Shown here in pieces: positions 55,520 through 64,000 of a stretch of DNA of 64,000 bases. This stretch comes from Octopus vulgaris (lineage: Eukaryota). The notes under the pieces are model-generated. The model saw nothing but the letters and a program-made list of their open reading frames with translations. It did no database searches and was not told the origin of the DNA. How positions within the stretch are numbered: the stretch's first letter is position 1; the number at the start of each line of letters is the position of its first letter. The DNA lies in NCBI GenBank assembly GCA_951406725.2, contig OX597815.1:103478001-103542000 (forward strand), read 5' to 3'. The position numbers and the translations under genes were made by a program.

Positions 55520-55949
55520 TAGGGGTGTGAAAGAGAGACAGACAGAGATAAGACTGTTATATATTTATGTAAGTGTATCTTTGAGTGCAAACAAGAACAG
55601 AATACTTGCATGTGTATGTGAGTATACGTATAAGAGAGGAATGCGTCCGTGTTTATGTTCCCATCGGTGAAAGTAGCATCATTGTTTTACGTTTTGTATA
55701 TATGACCCGCAAAACGTGAGGTTTAACAAATAGTGACAATAAAATAAATATTAGTGCCAAACTAATCGATTAATCCATCACAAAACGTTGCCCCACGGTA
55801 GCTGCAAGCCAGTGAGCGGAACAAAGGAGCAAATCATTAGGCGATGTTGACATTTTTATAATGGCCTTTTTATGCATGTTCATGTTTTCAACTCATTTTC
55901 GCTCCATACTTTTGAAAAAAAAACTTTTTATTTTGTGTCAAAATTCCTA

Positions 55950-57300
55950 AGCAGCATTTCAGTCATTCCTAGCTTCTTTTACAATCGCTAAAATCGGTAC
56001 ATTTGAAATATCTGTAATTTTAGGCAGTGTCCTTCTTTTCTGATTTTCTTTTTAAATTCCTATAATGATATTCGGTTGGAAATACACAGAGCTTTCTTTC
56101 TGCTCAAAATTTCAAACTACGTTCGATTTTGAGATGACTCAAAGGAAATGAATTTTCATATTTCCTGCCATTTGTAGATCATCCTATAAAACTCTTTGAC
56201 TAAATACTGTATTTGATCATTAAACATCAAACTTTCTTTCGCAATTTAGAATTGTGGTGACCACATTAGATAAACAGACCCCATTCAATTCTTGTTCTTC
56301 ACAAAGTCTCTCAATTTTAGCGACAATCATGTCTAATCCTCCGATTCCTATTGAACGAGCTACATTAATTACGTTTCAATTTAAATAGTTGTTCTTCTGT
56401 TTGCGTCACTACTATACAGAACTAATCTAGGCAAAATGGCCTTCCAATGAGAATTTAAAGTTGTTTATTTACTTGGCGAAATTTTTTGTTAAGGATATTA
56501 AAACTGTTTTTTTACCTATATTGTCCCGAATTTGATATAATTTGTCTTAAAATTACAAATTATACCTTGATAAGTGATATACATTTAGTGGCAAAAATAG
56601 GATTTTAACAATGGGATGTTCTAAATTGCAGGGTTGTGATGGAGTATTATAAATTAATACTACAATTTTAAAGTCAATCCTATTCCCTACTGTAGAAATT
56701 TCAAGTTAAGAAACAAAATATTAATAAAATTAATTTTCTACTATTGCAGCAGTTGTCTGGGATTTTATATGTGCGTGTCAATGAACTAAGAGGTTATTTA
56801 TATTCAATTTCCTCTTTACAAATGGATTTGAAGGCCTATCAATTAATACTTGCATTATAAAACACTTAACTAATCCATCGTAATGCGATGCCTCTTTAGA
56901 TGCTTTCAATCTTCGAACGATTTTTTTCTTCCTTTGGGCATAACAGTTATTTTTTGTCACTGTTTTCTAGAGTGAACTGCTTTCATCAACATTAAATGTT
57001 TGTTAAAAAAAAACAGGAACTGTAACTATTCTAGCTAAATATGGACAAAAATCCATCCTCAGTTCTTTTAGCTCTTGATCCAATTTTTGCAATTCAAGTA
57101 AATATCGTGCCTTCGATTTTGCTAGTTTTTTCAAAAAATCTCTTATGTTTTTTAATATCAATGTTTTACATAATTCAATGTTTTATTTCTGCTATTGATT
57201 TGGTAAAAAATTCATACTGCCATTTTTAAGTAGTTTCTTTAGAAATTGCCTCAAGAACTGCCAGTGAGAATACTTAATATATCTTGTTGAACCTCTTCGG
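55950..57300 (-). mobile_element. Tigger/pogo transposase remnant
   Basis: TFNVDESSSL*K, RLKASKE, PSNP..LLVH*HAHIKS, FKIVVLIYNTPSQP..VKILFLPLN match FNxDETGL, KAxKDR, WxANxKAW, DNAPxHP and FLPPN. Confidence 0.8.
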
Positions 57301-57559
57301 TGACGGTTAATCGCAGTCAAATATATACCTAGACAAGGATTGGTCGGCTGTGGTATAGAAACGATGAATAAAACATTCGATGGTATTACGATTAGACACC
57401 CGGCAGAATGAAATCCGATATATGCAATTAGGGTAGTAATAAATTAAAATAACGCCCTATGTATCATGCTTAATCTATATGCACCGTTGATAGGTCACTT
57501 ACAACTCGGATTTTGACTGGTCATTCCATTCAACACGCAGATATAGCAAAGATGTCATT

Positions 57560-58370
57560 AAATTTCTCACTAGCCGCTTCAGACTAGAATCTACTTCTGA
57601 CAAGACTTCTGAATTTGTTCTCTTATTCATGGCATTCTGAGTATGTAGCAGTGTGGTGTTATCCGTTTCTGGAATTCAATGACATAAACATGTGTTACTG
57701 AGAAATGAGTGCATGTTTGTATTTATATTAATTATTAGTTCCGTAAGTTGTGGATGATAGATACATACAACGAATTCAGGGTTGGTTTCTGAAGTTTCGA
57801 AAGTTTTGCAAGTGTCTATGATGTCAACATTCCTAGGGTTGCATGTGTATGTAAGGAAAAGTTGGAGTTTCACAAATTTTGATACAATAAACATGATTTT
57901 TATAATATTGTTACTTGCACCTAAGATTTTGCAGTTGTCGAGGGGGTGGGGATCAAACACCCGGCTTCGTTTGGTTTTGTGTCATAACAGGTTATCCATC
58001 AGATCATAGCAGAAACAAATTTTAGTTGACACTTATTGTTACCAATAAAAATTATGTGACCTTTTTTCACCTTTACAAATGGGCCAACGAAGGGTTGCTG
58101 AAGTAGCTTGCGCGATGTGTGCTATAAGCTGAAGCTCCTTTTAATAGTAAACATAGCATGCCATATTTCTCTGCTCTGGAGTTCGGAGATTTCGATCATC
58201 CTGATCTACTTTCCTTCTTCATGTTCTGCATTATCTATACCTGCTCCGTATTGCATTTCTACCTGTGTCTTCTTAGTCTCTCTCGAACTATTTCGCGAGC
58301 TCTCTGACTGTTTTCAGTTTCTACTGTTACTTATCTTAACATTGAACATCAGCTAATTAATTTTCAGGAA
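57560..58370 (-). mobile_element. Possible very old LINE ORF1/endonuclease remnant
   Basis: Traces of a Cys/His knuckle (LRWPICKGE..H..KC) and FVVCIYHP; weak. Confidence 0.3.
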
Positions 58371-58822
58371 TTTGATATTCAACACAATAACTTATAATGA
58401 AAACAATTAGCTTTATTAAAGCTATAACAGAAATAATCGAAATGTAAGATACTTTCCAACGAAGAAACGAACGATCATAATGTCTGTCTTCAATATTTTC
58501 TTATTTCGCAAGCGACAATTATTTGCCATGTATCGCATGCGTTCATTTATTTCAGAAATTTTTAAAGTATAATTTTCACCCAATAAAGAAAAGTCTTCAC
58601 CATCATTTTATTTCTTTATGACATTTCCCATTGTATCACACACGTACGAGCCCGTGCACTAATACACACACATGCGAACACAGACATAGAAACGGACACG
58701 CGTACATATATATTATATTCACACATACACACCTGTATTTGTAAGGGATAACCACATGTGTATATGTTACTAAACACCAGTATTCTCTTTTCTCCTCTCA
58801 CCTTAACTCTCTCACACACACA

Positions 58823-58861
<39 letters not shown>

Positions 58862-59355
58862 AATGTACTTCTCACCCTTACACTTACACTTTTAGCTGAA
58901 ATACATTCAACTATACCAAATGAGTTCTTCAAAGAGAACTTGATTTATGGCTCTGCCACTTAAACTGTCTCTTCCTCTATAAAAAATAGATTCTTGTTGT
59001 TGTCTCCACTAGACTTACTAGAATAATATTAAACCCCCTCCCCCAATAGTAAATCTAAATAGCAACGTAAAGTCAGTGATAAGCAGTGTCTCCATGAATA
59101 AATATTAATTACTACCATGTTTCTTTTCATGAAACTGTTTTCTCTGTCCACGTACTGACCCTCTTTGTGATGTTGGTAAATAGAATAAGTATAAAAATGA
59201 ATCTTTTCAATTTAACTAAAATTCTATATTTATATGCAGCTGAAGATTGGTCTACATTTTAAAACTGATGTAGTACTTGCATTGTTTAATGAAATGAAGT
59301 CGCATGAAACGATCGTACTGCATTACCTTTGGATATCCTTGTTGCTTATTTTGAA

Positions 59356-59391
<36 letters not shown>

Positions 59392-60148
59392 CTGCTTTAT
59401 ATTTCCATGACCCACATGTTACTTCCCCAGTCAATGTGCGTTCTTGGTCCTGAGCTTCATTTTAACTTTTTAGTGTTTTGATTGTGTAGTATGAAGATTA
59501 TTTGAGTAATATTTCTCTTCTCCATCATAAATAACATATACAAGCCCTTCATGCATTCGTTAATATTGACAGAGTGTTTCAAAGGTCCTTTAGCATTTAC
59601 CATCTAAAAGCTGAGAACAGTTGATCTTCAGAATGTATCCTTCGTATCTTTCTTCCTATTCTTATATCAAATCTCCTATGTGCAGCACAAACCTACCACC
59701 CCACTGCACTCATTGACCACCGGGTCTAATCTCCTATTTGACTACGATGGCTTAAAATTTACAGGATAGCTACCGATCACACTCCCGGGGCCATCCGATC
59801 CACTTTAGGCATTTCAACAAGATAAACAAGGACAAATAGACAGGATTGATATTATATTGTGCCAATTTTGTGAGAGCGAGTATTTTCTTATCTCTTGATA
59901 ATGATATTTTATTTTAAAATCTATATAGCAGAAAGTAGACACATACATTAAAGATATTCTTTAAAATATCAACGATTGCATTTGAAATATATACAAACAA
60001 AATATACACAAACAAACTTAAGAAATTAAATTTTAAATCATTTGAATACTAAAAAGACTTCTAATTCAGCATAAATACGTAAAGAACATAGCTACGCACA
60101 CATAACTACAAGTATACATGCATACATGCATACATACATACATACATA

Positions 60149-60192
<44 letters not shown>

Positions 60193-62829
60193 TGTATATA
60201 TACATGTACGTATATATATATATATATATACATATATATATTACATACGTCTGTGTGCTTGTGTATGTGCGTGTATGTGTATGTATGTGTGTATGTATGT
60301 ATGTATGTATGTATGTGTGTGTGTTTATATGTGTGTGTGTGTGTCTGTGTGTGTATATGTGTGTACATATAGCTATCGGAAATGTCTTCAACCAAAGTTC
60401 AAGCAAACAAATGTTCAAAAATATCAGTAATCTATGAGTGATTATTTTATAGATTTATGGTTTAAGCAAATCATCTAGGACTTTGCTTATTCAAACAGCT
60501 CTTCAGAAACTGAAATATCTTGAATATGTAAATGTTGCAAAATTATCTCAGAGCCATTCTTGTGATTCAAAAATTCAGAACAAATTTGATTTATAACAGC
60601 ATAATCCCATGTACAAAATTCTAGACGCAATAATGATCCAAAATCTAACATCACTACAGCCACCTCATTTCTTTAAGTTCATCTTAATGATGATGATAGA
60701 CTATTAGTACTATTAGTATGGTATAGAGATATAAAAGTTAATTGAATCCATTTCTATAAATACTTCAACTTTAATAGGCAGGTATACAATAAAAAAGAAA
60801 AAAAGCTCTTTAACTCACTCCACACCGTCTCTCATCAAAACATAGCCCTTCAACATTTGCATTACTCATTGTATCTTTCCTTAGTGTTATTTTAAAATGC
60901 TAGTATTTTTTTTCAAGTCAAATTACCGCACGAGTAATCTCTCAATAGCTCAACTTATATGACACTGCATTCTTTGCATTTAATTAAAATGTAAGTCCCC
61001 TCTGAAATGCTTCCATGATCACAATAACTTCCATTTAAATCTAATTCAATAATTCAATTTACATTTTAGAGTCGCAGATTGCAGAGCAGCATCCTTATAA
61101 CTGTGAAAGAAGCATCAGCTCATAGACCTGGTCAGAATGACTATGGCAGTGCAACAGAGTGGACTCCGTTATAGTCAGTGAACAAACACGTAATGATATG
61201 GAAAATCTCCCCACTAAGCGTATCACCAGTGAAACAAATTTATTTCATATGATCTCACAAAAAAAAAATACTGCACCATACCGAGGTTTTCCTTTCAGTT
61301 TTAATGATGATGATGTATCATACTTTTGCTGTATAATATATTGGTAGTTTAAACTATTCGCCACTACATAAAACCAAGTTATATTCGTTGAAATCTCTTT
61401 GTGATGAATAAACAAATATATCAATCGATTGTGAAAGACAGATGAATAGAGAGAGGGAACAAGCAATGAAATCAACAGACATAAACAACTCGTAGAAGGG
61501 ACGACAGGCATCGTTAAAGAAATGTATGAACATATACATGTACAGACACAAAGACATATATATAAATGTTGCCTTTATAAGATCATGTGATATATATACA
61601 TCCGCCATTATCAATGAATCTATGTCTATGCCTGTGAGCTTGTGCGCGTGTGCGTGCGTGTGTGTGTGAGTGTGTTGCTTGTATGTGTGTGCTCCTTGTA
61701 TGTGTGCGTGTTGAGCTCTGATTTTCTATTTGACTTTCATTATCTACCACGTTCTTAAATTCCTTTATTTCTTTAATTTTGTCTCTCATATACAGAAAGA
61801 CAAAGATAAAATGTAAGAGAGATATAGCGGGGAAAGAAACTAGAGGGGAAAAAACGTGTTAGATAATAAAAGACACATCGTAAACCAAAATAAAAGGAGG
61901 AAAGAGCAGAGAATGGAAAAAAGTAATGTCGGAAAAAATGTCGGAAAATAGAAAAGAGGAAAGAAAGAGGGAAAGAAATACAGGGGAAATAAACTAAGTT
62001 AAGGACACTGTAACATAGTAAAAAGACTGAAGACAAAAATCTAATAATGGTGGAGATAAGCACAATCATGTATTTTTTGTGGATAAAGATATAGGACGGC
62101 CCTCTTCATTCTAAAATGCAAGTCATATATATGAATGTCATAATAATTCCACTTTGAATATATCTTGTTAAAAGTTTCATTTTTTGTTGTCTATTCTAAA
62201 GGCTTCAATGTTACTGTCAAACTATTTTAATAAATCGAACGATGACTTTATATTCAATGGAATGTCTGATTTAGCTTACTGCACATCCGTTTCGTAATAA
62301 CGAAACGAGAATTTTCCTATTAAAGTTGAATTACCTTTCAGTTTATTCATTTGGAAGAATTTCAAAATAATCACCCGGAACAATTTCTTTTTTTACGAAA
62401 ATTTCCTTCGATTCCTGGTTTAAATATCAGGATTCCCAATCTTGGCATTATTTTTCATGTTATTCTTTGAGATATTGCTGCCTTTTTTTATTTTGTTGTT
62501 TCATATACGAGTGAATGGTAGTAATCATAACTTTTAATCATTAAATTTTATTTAAAAGAGATGGATGTGATTATAATGACTTTGAGTGCGACCTCTAGCA
62601 GATGGAGTAATTGCGCCAAAGCTCCGTTGCGATATAATATGATCAAATTATTCAGTTAATTAAAAGAAATATGATGACGTCGACGACGACGCGAAAAGAA
62701 ACATGATGATGATGATGGTGGTGGTGGTGGTGGACAAGGACTGCGTAACAAGTGGGGAAACATCTGGGGTCGAAAGATCTGCTGCTGGAACATACTTTCA
62801 AATAACCCTAATCCTAAACCAACAGTGAC

Positions 62830-64000
62830 ACTACCTAAAGCAAAACACATACAGGATTATAGAAATGTGTTGAAAACTTTCTATACAGCCAAACTAAACC
62901 CAAACAATAACTTCATTGTATAAACATACACTTAATGGAGAAATTTAGTAGGCAATGAAGTGCGCAGATATATAGACGCAAATAAATTAAATAATGTATG
63001 TAGAGACGTAATTAAGAATAAAAGATTAACTGACGCTGAAATTATCAGAATTGGGACACAAATATCACATGATAGACCAAATGAAAACAACAACAATGCA
63101 GATGAAATTGGTGACAGATGCACAAAACCCAGTGTACGAGCAGCACTTCCCAACGAGGAAGCTGAATAAAGAATAGCGAAGAACAGATATGCGGTAAAAG
63201 AGGAGAAAGTAGACCTACCTCAATAACACGAAAATAGATTTGACACAGAATCTGAGGTGAATAACAAAGATATCATAAAAGCAAAAGAAGTTATTATGAG
63301 AGAACTCAGCAGGACTGAATTTACTGGCATGATCAATAGAGAACCGCTACCAAAGTTCTCAAACAGCATAAAAAATAAGAACACAACTATGACATATGAC
63401 GTTCTTTTTAGATTTAAAAAAATAAAGGAAATGACCTTAAACAACCTTATCTATTCCACTGCAAAAGTATCAGGGAAACACAAAAAATGGACTAACCATG
63501 TCAATAGACCGGCCAAGTGGAGAGTAGCAATACAAAAAGAGATCGAATTTTTGCAGGCGGATGTATCAGTTTTCGATGACCTTACTGAAGGAGTAAATGT
63601 TAAGACGAAACAAGCCAGAAAAATCAAGCAGAAATATTAAATCAAGGATTTTATAAACCTCCCTGCAACCAAGGAATTAGGGAAACAACGAATACAACTG
63701 AAAGTCCAACGTCTCAGAAGGCATGACAAAAAAAATCAAATTTTATCTACAAAATAAGGTATTCAAAATGGATGCAAAGAAATTATATAGGAAAACTGGC
63801 AAAAGCAAGATAGAAGTAAAGGAGCCACCTAAGCCTAATGAAGCGAAAGAGTTCTAGAAGAATACATAGAGCAACAAAAAAGAATATAATGCTGAAGCTC
63901 ACTGGATAGAACGTGAGAAACTGAGACTGGATGAAATTGAAGAGCAGAAATGGGAGGCAATAGGAGTAGAAGAACTAAGATATGTTCTTAGAAAGTCTCA
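62830..64000 (+). mobile_element. Dong/R4 LINE N-terminal/pre-RT region, continuing past the right edge
   Basis: YIDANKLNNVCRDVIKNKRLTDAEI, REPLPK, LNNLIYSTA, PAKWRVAIQKEI, QRLRRH..QNKVFKMDAKKLYR, YNAEAHWI; contains stops and frameshifts. Confidence 0.85.

Overview
AT-rich, microsatellite-dense metazoan DNA. The tRNA-derived SINE families and the Dong/R4, RTE and Penelope content point to an octopus (coleoid cephalopod) genome; this is inferred from recalled repeat families, not a database search. I find no intact protein-coding gene, and almost all ORFs in the track are microsatellite artefacts or transposon remnants. The unique sequence contains two decayed multi-exon genes on the minus strand: a senataxin (SETX)-like unprocessed pseudogene (about 33.0 kb to beyond the left edge) and an unidentified one (about 49.4 to 36.4 kb). 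Transposable elements present: Penelope-like elements, several with hammerhead ribozyme (HHR) cores, an RTE LINE with a twin-priming 5' inversion, Dong/R4 and CR1/L2-like LINE pieces, two Tc1 elements, Tigger remnants, non-autonomous Helitrons and SINEs. The most striking object is at 24308-24750. It is an apparently very young insertion flanked by a 12-bp target-site duplication (TSD), holding an exactly unit-length 353-nt structured RNA with a perfect type I HHR, plus an inverted copy of its own end-to-start junction. This is the footprint expected of a retrotransposed circular RNA (retrozyme-like). All alignments were made by eye.
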